This document shows positions 48,099 through 58,170 of a stretch of DNA of 64,000 nucleotides, piece after piece; position 1 is the first letter of the stretch, and the number at the start of each line of letters is the position of its first letter. The notes below the pieces were generated by a model. It was given only the letters and a program-made list of their open reading frames with translations. It was not told the DNA's origin and made no database searches. Both the position numbers and the translations under genes were made by a program. The stretch spans positions 13,118 through 77,117 of the forward strand of contig VMGE01000002.1 in assembly GCA_007376395.1 (NCBI GenBank), given 5' to 3'. The stretch is from Microgenomates group bacterium Gr01-1014_5 (GTDB lineage: Bacteria; Patescibacteriota; Microgenomatia; UBA8517; UBA10165).

Positions 48099-49375
48099 TT
48101 GATAAATTTATCGTAATTGCGGGTTACCAGTTGAGCTTCAACTTTTTTAACAGTTTCCATAACAACAGAAACCACAATTAAAATCCCAGTTCCGCCAAGC
48201 TGTAAAGTTGTCGTGTCGGTAAATTTCTGGGCGACTGAAGGTAAAACAGCAATCGATCCTAAGAAAATAGCTCCCGGAAGGGTAATTCTGGTTAAAATGT
48301 AATTAAGGTAACTTGCTGTTGGTCCCCCGGGGCGAATTCCAGGAACAAACCCACCGTACTTTTTGATCTCGTCGGAAATTTTTGTCGGGTTAAAAATTAC
48401 GGCCGTATAAAAATAAGTAAATCCAAGCACTAAAGCAAAATAGATAGCCATATAAAAATAAGAGTCCGGGGCAAAAAGTGTTGATAAATTTTGTCCCATA
48501 CGCGCGAGAACCGGATTAGACGCATTAGCCATAAACTGGCCTATCATTGAAGGAGCAAGCACCAAGGAAACAGCAAAGATAATAGGAATAACTCCTGCCT
48601 GATTGATCCTTAAAGGTAAATGGGTAGATTGGGCAACCGAACCCCCGCGGGAAGCAGAACGGGCGTATTGCACCGGTACTCGCCGGGTAGCCTCATTCAT
48701 TACCACAACCCCGATAATTACCAATACTGCCATAACCAAGAAAGATATGACCGGAAAAATATCTTCCTGCGCTGTCGAAAAGATGGTCTGCCCAAGCACC
48801 ACAGGCAGTCTTCCCACAATTCCCGCAAAGATCAAAAGTGAGATGCCGTTACCGATACCGTGCTCGGTAATAAGTTCTCCCAGCCACATAGCAAGAACGG
48901 TTCCGGCTGTCATGGTGACTATTAAACCTAATATCAATTCAGGCGATAAAGTCGCCACAATTCCCTGACTGCGCAAAAGAATATACATCCCAACAGCCTG
49001 CATGACAGCTAAAGGAACTGTTAAAAATCTTGTGTATTGATTGATCTTTGCCCTGCCCATCTCCCCTTCCTTAGAAAGTTCCTCAAGTTTCGGAAAAATT
49101 AGGGTCATCAGCTGCATAATAATCGAAGCATTAATGTAAGGGTTTAAGCCAAGAGCAAGAATAGAGAAGTTGGCCAAAGTTCCGCCTGAAAATATATCAA
49201 GAAGGGATAAAAAGGGTGAGCGGGCAAAGAGGTCTGCCAAAGCTTTTTGGTCTATACCAGAAGCCGGGATGTGAGCAACCAAGCGGAAAACAGCCAAGAT
49301 TACGGCAGTAAATATAATCTTCTTCCGAATAGAACCAACCTGCCAAGCAAGAGTGAGGCTTTTTAATAATTCCAT
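48095..49375 (-). CDS. secY: preprotein translocase subunit SecY
   Basis: 10-TM, 426 aa; conserved plug and lateral-gate regions. Confidence 0.9.
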   Translation of the reverse strand: MELLKSLTLAWQVGSIRKKIIFTAVILAVFRLVAHIPASGIDQKALADLFARSPFLSLLDIFSGGTLANFSILALGLNPYINASIIMQLMTLIFPKLEELSKEGEMGRAKINQYTRFLTVPLAVMQAVGMYILLRSQGIVATLSPELILGLIVTMTAGTVLAMWLGELITEHGIGNGISLLIFAGIVGRLPVVLGQTIFSTAQEDIFPVISFLVMAVLVIIGVVVMNEATRRVPVQYARSASRGGSVAQSTHLPLRINQAGVIPIIFAVSLVLAPSMIGQFMANASNPVLARMGQNLSTLFAPDSYFYMAIYFALVLGFTYFYTAVIFNPTKISDEIKKYGGFVPGIRPGGPTASYLNYILTRITLPGAIFLGSIAVLPSVAQKFTDTTTLQLGGTGILIVVSVVMETVKKVEAQLVTRNYDKFIK

Positions 49376-49387
49376 TTACTTTGTGTT

Positions 49388-49825
49388 TTAAAGGATAGTG
49401 CCGCCAGCAGACTCGATCGCGCGACGAGCTTGAGAAGAAACAGGAAGGCTAACTACAAACTTTTTCGTAATCTTTGCGCTTCCCAGTATCTTAACCCCAG
49501 ACCTTACTGCTTCTTTTCCTACAAGTCCGTGCTTTAACAAAGCTTCAACATTGACACTCGCGCCATCAGGTAAAACTTCAAGTCTTGCGACATCTATAAT
49601 TATGCGGCGAGTTTGCAAACTTTTCAATTTTCCTTTTCCGCGCAATAACGGAAGACGCTGAATTAAGGACTTTTTTGTTTTTGTTCCTTCAAAAAGCGGG
49701 TGGATTTTGCGCCTGGTTTTTTGTCCTTTTTGGCCGCGTCCAACAGTATGGCTTCCACGGCCTGAACCCATTCCGCGTCCAACTCTTTTTTTACCTTTGG
49801 TTTTTGATTTAGACAACCGGATCAT
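49388..49825 (-). CDS. rplO: 50S ribosomal protein L15
   Basis: GRGMGSGRGSHTVGRGQKGQK... Confidence 0.9.
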   Translation of the reverse strand: MIRLSKSKTKGKKRVGRGMGSGRGSHTVGRGQKGQKTRRKIHPLFEGTKTKKSLIQRLPLLRGKGKLKSLQTRRIIIDVARLEVLPDGASVNVEALLKHGLVGKEAVRSGVKILGSAKITKKFVVSLPVSSQARRAIESAGGTIL

Positions 49826-49831
49826 TAGAAT

Positions 49832-50326
49832 TTATTCGCCAGACGGCGAACCTTTCTTATTATATAGCTCAGTAAGTTGTTTCAAAGCTTTAATTGTGGC
49901 ATAAACATTGGATGCTTTGTTGTTTGTACCAAGCATTTTTGCAACAACATCTTTGATTCCTGCCGACTCTAAGACAGCGCGGATTGGCCCGCCTGCTACG
50001 ATACCCGAACCCCGCGGCGCGGGTTTAAGTAAAACTTTAGCAGCTCCTTCTTTAATTAAGATTTGATAAGGGATTGTCGTGCCCTTCATAGAAATAGTGA
50101 TCATGCGTTTCTTAGCATAGCTAATTGCCTTTTGAATACCCGAAACAACATCTGGCGCTTTACCCAAACCTGCGGCTACTCTGCCTTTTTTGTCTCCCAC
50201 AATAACCAACGCGGTGAAACGGATTTGGTTTCCACCTTTAGTCTTTTTTGAAACACGGTTTATCTGCACAACGGTTTCGGTAAACTCCCTTGGCTCTCTT
50301 GTATATTGTTGATTTCTGTTATCCAT
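49832..50326 (-). CDS. rpsE: 30S ribosomal protein S5
   Basis: S5 dsRBD and C-terminal domains. Start moved to the internal Met to reduce overlap with rplR. No L30 gene lies between rpsE and rplO. Confidence 0.85.
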   Translation of the reverse strand: MDNRNQQYTREPREFTETVVQINRVSKKTKGGNQIRFTALVIVGDKKGRVAAGLGKAPDVVSGIQKAISYAKKRMITISMKGTTIPYQILIKEGAAKVLLKPAPRGSGIVAGGPIRAVLESAGIKDVVAKMLGTNNKASNVYATIKALKQLTELYNKKGSPSGE

Positions 50327-50339
50327 AGTGTTTAAAAAT

Positions 50340-50669
50340 TTAAAATTCCAACCCTCCCGCTCTCGCACTATCAGCCAGGGCTTTTATTCGCCCGTGATAC
50401 TTACGACCGCCTCTGTCAAAAACAACTTGTTTTACCCCTAGTTTAACTGCACGAACAGCAAGTTCCTCACCGACTTTTTGAGCCGTGGCAACTATTTTGT
50501 TTTTATCTTTTACATCAGCGTCGCGAGCTGCAACCAAAGTACGCCCTTCGGCATCATCAATAATCTGGGCATAGATATGTTTGTTCGACACAAAGACAGT
50601 CAGCCTTGGCCGCGACGACGTCACTCTCAACTTTTTTCTTACTCTCTGTTTTCTTGTTTTTATTTTCAT
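50340..50669 (-). CDS. rplR: 50S ribosomal protein L18
   Basis: [18 protein letters not shown]... Confidence 0.9.
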   Translation of the reverse strand: MKIKTRKQRVRKKLRVTSSRPRLTVFVSNKHIYAQIIDDAEGRTLVAARDADVKDKNKIVATAQKVGEELAVRAVKLGVKQVVFDRGGRKYHGRIKALADSARAGGLEF

Positions 50670-50684
50670 ATATCTTTTATATCT

Positions 50685-51242
50685 TTACGCCGCGGTTGCT
50701 GTCTTGGCTGTTTTACCAGCTTTTCTGCGTACATACTCGTCAATATATTTAATACCTTTACCTTTGTAAGGCTCTGGTGGACGTACGGCTCGAACATTGG
50801 CCGCTACTTGCCCAACTAAATGACGGTCTATCCCGCTAACTATTATTTTGTTCTCTTCAATTGTAAAGACGATTCCGGCAGGCGGATCGATTTTTACCGG
50901 ATGCGAGAAACCAATAGCCAAAACCAAACTATTTCCTTCAAGTCTTGCCCTGTACCCAGTCCCTACTAATTCTAAAGTCTTACTCCAGCCCTCAGAAACT
51001 CCTTTAATTGCATTTTCTAGGATACGGGCTATTGTGCCGTGCAAACTCCTAACCTGCTTTATTTCTTGCTTCCTGCTAACAGATAAAACATCGCCTTCAA
51101 CCTTAATTTCGATGCTACTTGGCAGAGTGTATTCCAGGTCACCTTTTGGACCAGTGACCTTTACAGCCTGTCCTTCGATGTTGATAGAAACTCCGGCTGG
51201 CACTGTTAATGGTTTTTTACCTATTCTTGACATATTTACCAA
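50685..51242 (-). CDS. rplF: 50S ribosomal protein L6
   Basis: SRIGKKPLTVPAGVSINIEGQAVKVTGPKG... Confidence 0.9.
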   Translation of the reverse strand: MVNMSRIGKKPLTVPAGVSINIEGQAVKVTGPKGDLEYTLPSSIEIKVEGDVLSVSRKQEIKQVRSLHGTIARILENAIKGVSEGWSKTLELVGTGYRARLEGNSLVLAIGFSHPVKIDPPAGIVFTIEENKIIVSGIDRHLVGQVAANVRAVRPPEPYKGKGIKYIDEYVRRKAGKTAKTATAA

Positions 51243-51619
51243 ATCTCCCCTAAGACTTCCCCTCCTAAACCTAATTTCTTTGCTTCTTTGTTCGTCATTA
51301 CCCCGCGCGAGGTGGAAATAATAGAGACACCAGCGCCCCCCAAAGGCCTTGGCAAGTTGTCTGTTTTTCTGTAAATACGCAAACCCGGGCGGGAGATGTT
51401 TCTAATTCCGGTAATTACTGGTCTGCGTCTTTTAAGAGCAATCGTTAACACTAATTGATTATTTGCCCCACGCCCAACTTCTGATAAATATCCTTCACTT
51501 TTTAAAACTTGAGCGACCGCATTTTTGGCTTTAGAATAAGGCGCAACAACCTCAGGCTTTCTGGCCAAAGCCGCGTTCCTCACTCTTGTTAATAAATCTC
51601 CTACAGGATTAGTTACCAT
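51236..51619 (-). CDS. rpsH: 30S ribosomal protein S8
   Basis: DLLTRVRNA... Confidence 0.9.
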   Translation of the reverse strand: MVTNPVGDLLTRVRNAALARKPEVVAPYSKAKNAVAQVLKSEGYLSEVGRGANNQLVLTIALKRRRPVITGIRNISRPGLRIYRKTDNLPRPLGGAGVSIISTSRGVMTNKEAKKLGLGGEVLGEIW

Positions 51620-51798
51620 GATGCCTTTCTAACTCCCGGCAATTCTCCTCGAGAAGCAAACTCACGAAAACAAAGTCTGCAAAGTCCAAACTTACGCATA
51701 TAAGCTCTCGGTCTGCCGCAATTTTGACAGCGGTTATGATACCGTACTTTATATTTAAGATTTTTTGTTTCCCTCACAACCTTAGATGTTTTTGCCAT
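51613..51798 (-). CDS. rpsZ: 30S ribosomal protein S14, type Z (zinc-binding)
   Basis: 61 aa with [20 protein letters not shown]. Confidence 0.9.
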   Translation of the reverse strand: MAKTSKVVRETKNLKYKVRYHNRCQNCGRPRAYMRKFGLCRLCFREFASRGELPGVRKASW

Positions 51799-51821
51799 AA
51801 TTAAGTTAATTAAACAACTTG

Positions 51822-52370
51822 TTACTTTGTTTCCCCCTTCTCAAACGGCATACCTAATTCTTCAAGTAATCGCTCTGCCTTCTCACGATCGCGGGTACTG
51901 GTGACAATTGTTACTTCAAGCGAACGGACTTTGTTAACCTTTCCTAAATCAATCTCAGGAAAAACAGAGTGTTCTGTCATTCCTAAAGTATAATTTCCAT
52001 TTGTGTCAAAAGATTTTTTGGAAACACCTCGGAAATCTCTTAAACGAGGTAAAACAATATTAAACAATTTTTGTAAAAAGTCGTACATCTTCCTGCCGCG
52101 CAAAGTCACTGCAGCGCCGACAACTTGACCCCGGCGGATTCCAAACCCTGCAATCGATTTACGGGCTTGGCGCAAATTCGGTTTTTGACCTGCAACAAGA
52201 CCAAGCTCTTCAAGAATACTTTTCTGATCCTCTTCAGAATCGCGGGCCGCCCCGATCCCCATATTGATAACCACCTTTTCTACTTTAGGAACAGCCAGAG
52301 AGTTCACCAAACTAAACTCTTCTTTGAGTTTAGGCATTACTTTTTCTTGGTATGTTTGTGCTAGTGACAT
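51822..52370 (-). CDS. rplE: 50S ribosomal protein L5
   Basis: Position in the operon and L5 motifs. Confidence 0.9.
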   Translation of the reverse strand: MSLAQTYQEKVMPKLKEEFSLVNSLAVPKVEKVVINMGIGAARDSEEDQKSILEELGLVAGQKPNLRQARKSIAGFGIRRGQVVGAAVTLRGRKMYDFLQKLFNIVLPRLRDFRGVSKKSFDTNGNYTLGMTEHSVFPEIDLGKVNKVRSLEVTIVTSTRDREKAERLLEELGMPFEKGETK

Positions 52371-52392
52371 GTTTCTTAGAAAAACCCCACAA

Positions 52393-52719
52393 CTACTTCT
52401 TTCTTACCCCGCTTTCTATTACGGCTTTACATTTCTTACAAATCCTTACTTTTTCACCTCTCTTGTCCACCAAATATCCAACACGGGTAGGTTTTGTACA
52501 CTTTGGACACAAAAGAGCAATACTGGCCGTGAACAAGGGGCGGGAGAATTCTATCATTCCTCCAGGCTTATTACCAAACCCGCGGCGTGCCTTTTTATAG
52601 ACATTGACGCCTTGAACCAAAACTCTATTCTTCACTGGAAAAACGTGATCAACAGTTCCTTTTTGACCTTTGTCTTTTCCTGATGTAACTAAAATTTGAT
52701 CTCCTATATGTAATTTCAT
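52393..52719 (-). CDS. rplX: 50S ribosomal protein L24
   Basis: MKLHIGDQILVTSGKDKGQKG (KOW). Confidence 0.9.
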   Translation of the reverse strand: MKLHIGDQILVTSGKDKGQKGTVDHVFPVKNRVLVQGVNVYKKARRGFGNKPGGMIEFSRPLFTASIALLCPKCTKPTRVGYLVDKRGEKVRICKKCKAVIESGVRKK

Positions 52720-52732
52720 AATTTTAAATTTA

Positions 52733-53098
52733 TCAAACTACCTCCGGCGCTAATGATGCAATTCGCGAAAATCCAGCTTCTTTAACTTCGCGGGCTATTG
52801 GGCCAAAAATGCGTGTTCCACGGGGATTGTTTTGGGTATCAACAACCACACCCGCGTTTTGGTCAAAACGGACATAGCTTCCGTCTTTGCGCCGGGTTTC
52901 TTTTCTTGTTCTGACAATAACCACCCTTACTTTCTCACTATCTTTGACCTGCCCGTTAGGGTCTGCCCGGTCAACAATGGCCGTCACGATATCGCCTAAA
53001 TGTGCCTTTTTCTTATTAGATCCAGGAATACCGATAACTTTAAAGGCGCGGGCGCCTGAATTATCAGCTGGTACTAAAACCGACCTTAGTTGTATCAT
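52733..53098 (-). CDS. rplN: 50S ribosomal protein L14
   Basis: MIQLRSVLVPADNSGAR... Confidence 0.9.
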   Translation of the reverse strand: MIQLRSVLVPADNSGARAFKVIGIPGSNKKKAHLGDIVTAIVDRADPNGQVKDSEKVRVVIVRTRKETRRKDGSYVRFDQNAGVVVDTQNNPRGTRIFGPIAREVKEAGFSRIASLAPEVV

Positions 53099-53111
53099 CC
53101 TTCGGCTTCGC

Positions 53112-53387
53112 TCAGGACAAGTTGCCCTGTTCCTTTCTTTTCATACCTTTCGTACTTCCCGTAGTACCTTTATTAACTATTTTCCAATGTTTGGTCTTTG
53201 AAAAAGGACGAGTGGGCACAAAAGTAACGCTATTTCCCACACTAACGCCAACTTCGTCGTGGACGTGATATTTTTTAGTTCTGCGCATCTTCTTCTCGTA
53301 TAAACGATGACGGAAAATACGCTCGACCTCGACTACCGCCGTGTTTGTTCCTTTAGTGCTTACTACTTTTCCAAAAAGGCTTTTCAT
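53112..53387 (-). CDS. rpsQ: 30S ribosomal protein S17
   Basis: GKVVSTKGTNTAVVEVER...KYHVHDE. Confidence 0.9.
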   Translation of the reverse strand: MKSLFGKVVSTKGTNTAVVEVERIFRHRLYEKKMRRTKKYHVHDEVGVSVGNSVTFVPTRPFSKTKHWKIVNKGTTGSTKGMKRKEQGNLS

Positions 53388-53605
53388 CTTTGTTTTTCTG
53401 CTCCTTCTGTCATTTGTATTTGGCGCATAAGTGTCTTGACGCGAGCCAAGTGTATACGCGCTCCTTTTACCAAACGTACATTTTTTAATCTTCCAGTTAC
53501 CAATTCTCCGGATAAACGGGCGAGTTCACCCGACTTTTCTCCAGCTTCTTTTTCTAGCTGCTGGTAAGTTTTACTTTTTAATTCTTTCAGAATTCTGTTT
53601 TGCAT
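53384..53605 (-). CDS. rpmC: 50S ribosomal protein L29
   Basis: Position and helical 73-aa protein. Confidence 0.85.
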   Translation of the reverse strand: MQNRILKELKSKTYQQLEKEAGEKSGELARLSGELVTGRLKNVRLVKGARIHLARVKTLMRQIQMTEGAEKQR

Positions 53606-53606
53606 A

Positions 53607-54011
53607 TTAAACCCTATTTACAATCTTTGTTTCAAAAGGCAATTTTGCTGCAGCCCGAACAAATGCTTCACGCGCAATAGCTTCGCTCGTTCCCGCCAAT
53701 TCAAAAATGATTCTCCCGGGCAAAATTACGGCAACATACTTTGAAACGTCCCCTTTTCCGCCTCCCATACGCACACCCGGCCCGCGGGATGTGACCGGTT
53801 TGTCTGGGAAAACCCTAATCCAAACTTTACCACCCCTAGCTGTAGTATGGGCAATAGCCCTACGCGCAGCTTCAATTTGCTGTGCTGAAAGCCACGCTCT
53901 ACCTAAGCTTTTTAAACCGAATTCCCCAAAGGCAACTTGCGCACCCCGGCTGGCAATGCCCCGCCTTTTTCCTTTAAATTGTTTTCTGTGTTTTTGTCTC
54001 TTAGGCTGCAT
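53607..54011 (-). CDS. rplP: 50S ribosomal protein L16
   Basis: MQPKRQKHRKQFKG... Confidence 0.9.
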   Translation of the reverse strand: MQPKRQKHRKQFKGKRRGIASRGAQVAFGEFGLKSLGRAWLSAQQIEAARRAIAHTTARGGKVWIRVFPDKPVTSRGPGVRMGGGKGDVSKYVAVILPGRIIFELAGTSEAIAREAFVRAAAKLPFETKIVNRV

Positions 54012-54660
54012 CTTCCCTCCCTTTATGGATCCAAACCTTTACTCCAACATAACCTCTTTTTAAGAGTGCCGGAGTTTGAAAATAATCAATGTTTGCGCGT
54101 AAACTTTGAGTCGGCATTGATCCTTTTTGATATTTTTCGCGTCTTCCAATATCTGCCCCGCCAATTCTTCCCGATAAGACTACTTTCATCCCCTTGGCGC
54201 CTGCCGCCATGACCCTTTCCAATGCTTTGTTGATTACACGCCTTTGCGGCATACGACGCTCAAGCTCTGAGATAATTCTTTGACACACAAGTTTTGATGC
54301 GAGTTCTGGATTTTTAATTTCTTCCACCACAATCTCAATCTTTGGTGCTTTAGAGTCTCCTGATTTTAATCCTAATTGGCGCAAAACGAACTTTTTTACT
54401 TCTTCTATTCCTTGACCACCCCGACCAATAACTATACCCGGACGGGAAACATGAACCCGCAAAGTGATAGCTCTTGGCAAACGTTCAATTTCAACATTCT
54501 GTATACCCGCCATGTTCAAGCGGTAAAAGAGCATACGCCTTATCCTGATATCTTCAAGCAAGAGTTTTTTATATTCCCCGTTACCCGAAGCAAACCAGCG
54601 CGACTGCCAAGGCATGGTTACGCCTGTTCTGAAACTGATTGGATTAACTTTTTGTCCCAC
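54001..54660 (-). CDS. rpsC: 30S ribosomal protein S3
   Basis: MGQKVNPISFR... and a KH domain. Confidence 0.9.
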   Translation of the reverse strand: MGQKVNPISFRTGVTMPWQSRWFASGNGEYKKLLLEDIRIRRMLFYRLNMAGIQNVEIERLPRAITLRVHVSRPGIVIGRGGQGIEEVKKFVLRQLGLKSGDSKAPKIEIVVEEIKNPELASKLVCQRIISELERRMPQRRVINKALERVMAAGAKGMKVVLSGRIGGADIGRREKYQKGSMPTQSLRANIDYFQTPALLKRGYVGVKVWIHKGREDAA

Positions 54661-55010
54661 CTTTTGCCTCCTTTCTTATTCTCCACTGTCTCTAAAATCA
54701 CCCGGATATGTGCTGTTTTTTTGACAATCGGGTGATATTGACCCTTCGAGGCCGCCATTCCCCTCTTGTAGCGTGGTCCTTCTCCCACCGACAGCTCGCG
54801 AATTACTAAATTGTCTGTAAGTTTTAAGTTATTGCGTGCATTAGCAAGCGCTTGCTTAATCGTTTTTGCTAAAGGCATGGCCGCACGCTTTGGTAAATAC
54901 TCCAAATAGGCAATTGCCCGCTCCGGATCCATTTTGCGTATGCTGTTTGCAACGAAACGCAATTTTGTCGAACTCATTCTGATAAATTTTTGTTCAGCTT
55001 TAATTAACAT
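54618..55010 (-). CDS. rplV: 50S ribosomal protein L22 (C-terminal basic extension)
   Basis: L22 fold sequence followed by the extension ENKKGGKRWDKK... Confidence 0.85.
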   Translation of the reverse strand: MLIKAEQKFIRMSSTKLRFVANSIRKMDPERAIAYLEYLPKRAAMPLAKTIKQALANARNNLKLTDNLVIRELSVGEGPRYKRGMAASKGQYHPIVKKTAHIRVILETVENKKGGKRWDKKLIQSVSEQA

Positions 55011-55110
55011 ATAATCTCACTTCGTTCGGATTTCCTCATTTAAACATTTATTCATTTGTTCATTTGTCATTTAAATGGAAAAATGAGCAATTGAGAAAAT
55101 GAAAAAACTT

Positions 55111-55395
55111 TTAAGTTTTTTCTAGCGTTCTCTTCACAACTTGTCCGTGTCCGCGGAAAGTACGGGTAGGCGAAAACTCACCAAGTCTGTGCCCAACCAT
55201 ATCTTCGGTGACAAAAACTTCAATAAAATTCTTGCCATTGTGAACCATAAAACGCGCACCTACAAACTCCGGCGCTATTTGGCTTGCGCGCGACCAGGTC
55301 TTAATCGGCTCATGACTACCGGACGCCGCCTGCGCTGCAATTTTTTTCAATAACTTAGGGTCAACAAAAGGCCCTTTTTTCGTACTTCTTGACAT
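55111..55395 (-). CDS. rpsS: 30S ribosomal protein S19
   Basis: [19 protein letters not shown]... (start at internal Met). Confidence 0.9.
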   Translation of the reverse strand: MSRSTKKGPFVDPKLLKKIAAQAASGSHEPIKTWSRASQIAPEFVGARFMVHNGKNFIEVFVTEDMVGHRLGEFSPTRTFRGHGQVVKRTLEKT

Positions 55396-55470
55396 AAAAC
55401 TTGTTTTTAAACTCACGCGCTATCTTGTGTAAGGTGAGTTGAGAGAACCTGTTTGAAACAGGTTCATAAA

Positions 55471-56223
55471 TTAAATCTTACTCCCGTAACCTATTTTCTT
55501 TCTGCTAACAATCAAATGGTTAGAATATTTTTTACGCTTTCTTGTCTTGACGCCGCGTGCTGGCTTACCCCAAGGTGTCTTTGGAGGCATACCTTCTGGG
55601 CTTCTTCCTTCTCCTCCTCCGTGTGGATGGGCGGCAGGATGCATAGCCACACCGCGTACAGTAGGACGGATTCCACGACGTCTGGAAGCCCCAGCTGTAC
55701 GCAAATTTATTTTTGGCACACGCCCTACCTGGCCAATAGTGGCAAAGGCGTCTTTTTTAAAACGTCTAATTTCTCCTGATGGCAATTTAACCAAAACAGC
55801 TGTTTCGTCTTTACCTTGAACAACCGCAAATGATCCAGCACCTCTTACTATTTGTCCGCCCATTCCCGGTCTAATTTCAATATTGTGGATGCTGGTTCCA
55901 ACCGGAATTTGTTCTAAAGGTAGAGCGTTCCCTATTTTAATAGTGGCTGTTGCCCCTGCTTCAACTCGATCATCGACTTTTAAGCCCTCGGGAGCTAAAA
56001 TATAGCGCTTTTCTCCGTCTAAGTAAAACAAGAGAGCAATATTAGCCGTCCTGTTTGGGTCATACTCTATAGATGCAACACGGGCTGCTACTTTTTTGTC
56101 AGAGCGCACAAAATCAATCTCACGCAAAAAACGCTTGTGGCGTCCACCTTGATGCCTGACCGCTATTCTGCCACCAACACCCCGTCCCGACTTATTTGGT
56201 AAAATTTGCATTAATCCATTCAT
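55471..56223 (-). CDS. rplB: 50S ribosomal protein L2 (N-terminally short)
   Basis: GRIAVRHQGGRHKR and HPHGGGEGR motifs; SD AAGGAGAG 8 nt upstream. About 20-25 N-terminal residues are missing relative to typical L2. Confidence 0.85.
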   Translation of the reverse strand: MNGLMQILPNKSGRGVGGRIAVRHQGGRHKRFLREIDFVRSDKKVAARVASIEYDPNRTANIALLFYLDGEKRYILAPEGLKVDDRVEAGATATIKIGNALPLEQIPVGTSIHNIEIRPGMGGQIVRGAGSFAVVQGKDETAVLVKLPSGEIRRFKKDAFATIGQVGRVPKINLRTAGASRRRGIRPTVRGVAMHPAAHPHGGGEGRSPEGMPPKTPWGKPARGVKTRKRKKYSNHLIVSRKKIGYGSKI

Positions 56224-56278
56224 TTTTTATTCTCTCCTTCTTTGATTTCAAAAAGGCTAAATTTTAGCTTGGCGATAA

Positions 56279-56593
56279 TCAAGACTTTTTGTTTCCTTTA
56301 TTTTCTTTGATTTCAAAAAGGCTTATTTTATCTTTCTTGTCCAGCCTTACGATGGCCTGTTTTTTATCTGCTTTTTTTACCGCTCTGCGCGCCTTGCCGG
56401 CTCTTTTTGTTTTTGCCCTTTCTGCCTTGGTGCGAACAGAAACAGCTTTAAAGCCAAATATTCTCTCTAAAGCCAGTTTAATCTGTGTTTTAGTCGCTCT
56501 TGGCGCTACCTGAAACGTATATTCGTTAAAGCTTTCAACTCGCGCTAAAGACTTTTCTGAAATGATTGGTTTTAAATTGATCAACTGGTTCAT
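56279..56593 (-). CDS. rplW: 50S ribosomal protein L23
   Basis: Position and sequence (IISEKSLARVE...); Lys-rich tail. Confidence 0.85.
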   Translation of the reverse strand: MNQLINLKPIISEKSLARVESFNEYTFQVAPRATKTQIKLALERIFGFKAVSVRTKAERAKTKRAGKARRAVKKADKKQAIVRLDKKDKISLFEIKENKGNKKS

Positions 56594-57306
56594 TTAATCT
56601 CCTTGCCCTGATTTGTATCGGTTGGCTTTACACGCGCCTCTAAAACTTCCAGCGCGCGCGGCGTAACAATTAGACTGTTTCCCAAAAGAACATGGTAAGC
56701 AGACGCTCTTCCCGCAGTAACTAAGTTTAAATTGGCGATATTGCGGCCTGCCTGCCAAACCTCATTTTCTGTGTAGACCATAGTCAAAGGTTTTTTTAAG
56801 GCCATTTTTTGCAGAGCCAAGGCTATCTTTCCGGTCTTAGCTTCAACCTTATCAAATTCAGCAATAGATACTGATCCGTTTTGCACCCGGGCAGAAAGTG
56901 CCGAAATTAATGCTTTTTTGCGCAAAGTTCTTGGCAAGACAAGATCATAGTTCTCAATTCCGTGCGGCCCATGAGCGATCCCTCCGCCTACAAAGATCGG
57001 TGCAGAACGCGCTCCGTGTCTGGCTCCACCTGTTCCTTTTTGTTTATAAATCTTACGGGTAGAACCTTGTATTTCTCCCCGACCTTTAACCTTGGCATGG
57101 GCACTTCGCTGGTTTGATAAAAATACACGCACCGCTTGGGCCAAGAGAGCGGTATTCGGTTTTTGGCCGAAGAGCGCCTCAGGCAAGCTTACTGTTCCTT
57201 TTTTTTCGCCCGTGACAGAATATGAATCCACAGAAATCCCTTTTTCTTTTGCCCTTGATACTCGTGGTACCTTTGATACTTTTGATACTTTTTTTATTGC
57301 CGCCAT
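56590..57306 (-). CDS. rplD: 50S ribosomal protein L4 (N-terminal extension)
   Basis: GTGGARHGARSAPIFVGGGIAHGP. Confidence 0.85.
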   Translation of the reverse strand: MAAIKKVSKVSKVPRVSRAKEKGISVDSYSVTGEKKGTVSLPEALFGQKPNTALLAQAVRVFLSNQRSAHAKVKGRGEIQGSTRKIYKQKGTGGARHGARSAPIFVGGGIAHGPHGIENYDLVLPRTLRKKALISALSARVQNGSVSIAEFDKVEAKTGKIALALQKMALKKPLTMVYTENEVWQAGRNIANLNLVTAGRASAYHVLLGNSLIVTPRALEVLEARVKPTDTNQGKEIK

Positions 57307-58154
57307 TATTTGCTTTCCTCCTCTTTTTCCTGGGATACAGGTATTACTGAATCACTACTCTCTGCCTCAGGATCTCCTTCAACAACTGCCTTGTTTACCG
57401 CTTCTTCTTCAGCCTCGGTCTCCATAGCTTTTACCAGCTCTTCTTCTGTGGTATCGCGGGAAAGTAAAGGGGTAAAGTGACGGGCTTGGCCTAGTTTTTC
57501 TATAATTAAAAGTCCGTCGCGGTTTCCCGGAACCGGGCCAGAAAGCCAAAGCACGCCATCAGCCTCAGATTTTAAAACCGTGAGGTTTCTGACTGTTTCT
57601 ACCTCTCCTCCCATGCGCCCTGCCATATGTTTTCCTTTATAGACACGTCCTGGAGTAGTACCTTGGCCAATTGACCCTGGAGCACGATGGCGGTCGCTTT
57701 GGCCGTGGGTTTTTGGACCTCCGTGAAAGCCCCAACGTTTGACTCCGCCGGCAAAACCTTTTCCTTTAGAAATACCTGTCACTTTAACCAAATCTCCCGG
57801 CTGGAATACTTCTGCCGGGTTTATTTGTGTACCTACTTCATAAGCTTCTTCTGTTTTCACTTCTCTTAAGTATCTTGGGTACGTGTTCTTTTGTTCTTCT
57901 GTTTTTTGGTTTTTTGCTTGTGCCTCCGAAGCTTTTAGCGAAGGGGCAAAGTGTCCTTGGAGTTGTTTAGAAGTGTGCTTGGCTTTTTTAGTACCGATTC
58001 CAAGTTGAAGTGCTGTATAACCGTCTTTTTCAAGTGTTTTTACTTGGGTCACAACATTACCGACAGTTTTGACCACGGTTACAGGAACCCTGTGCCCGGT
58101 TTGGGTAAAGGATTGCTCCATGTGCGATTTAGTGCCAAGTAATGCGTTAATCAT
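57306..58154 (-). CDS. rplC: 50S ribosomal protein L3 with internal insert and acidic C-terminal extension
   Basis: MINALLGTKSHMEQSFTQTGHRVPVTVV... and GKGFAGGVKRWGFHGGPKTHGQSDRHRAPGSIG. The extra ~70 aa include an acidic tail (EEEAVNKAVVEGDPEAESS...). Confidence 0.85.
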   Translation of the reverse strand: MINALLGTKSHMEQSFTQTGHRVPVTVVKTVGNVVTQVKTLEKDGYTALQLGIGTKKAKHTSKQLQGHFAPSLKASEAQAKNQKTEEQKNTYPRYLREVKTEEAYEVGTQINPAEVFQPGDLVKVTGISKGKGFAGGVKRWGFHGGPKTHGQSDRHRAPGSIGQGTTPGRVYKGKHMAGRMGGEVETVRNLTVLKSEADGVLWLSGPVPGNRDGLLIIEKLGQARHFTPLLSRDTTEEELVKAMETEAEEEAVNKAVVEGDPEAESSDSVIPVSQEKEEESK

Positions 58155-58170
58155 ATGTTTAAATGTGTTA

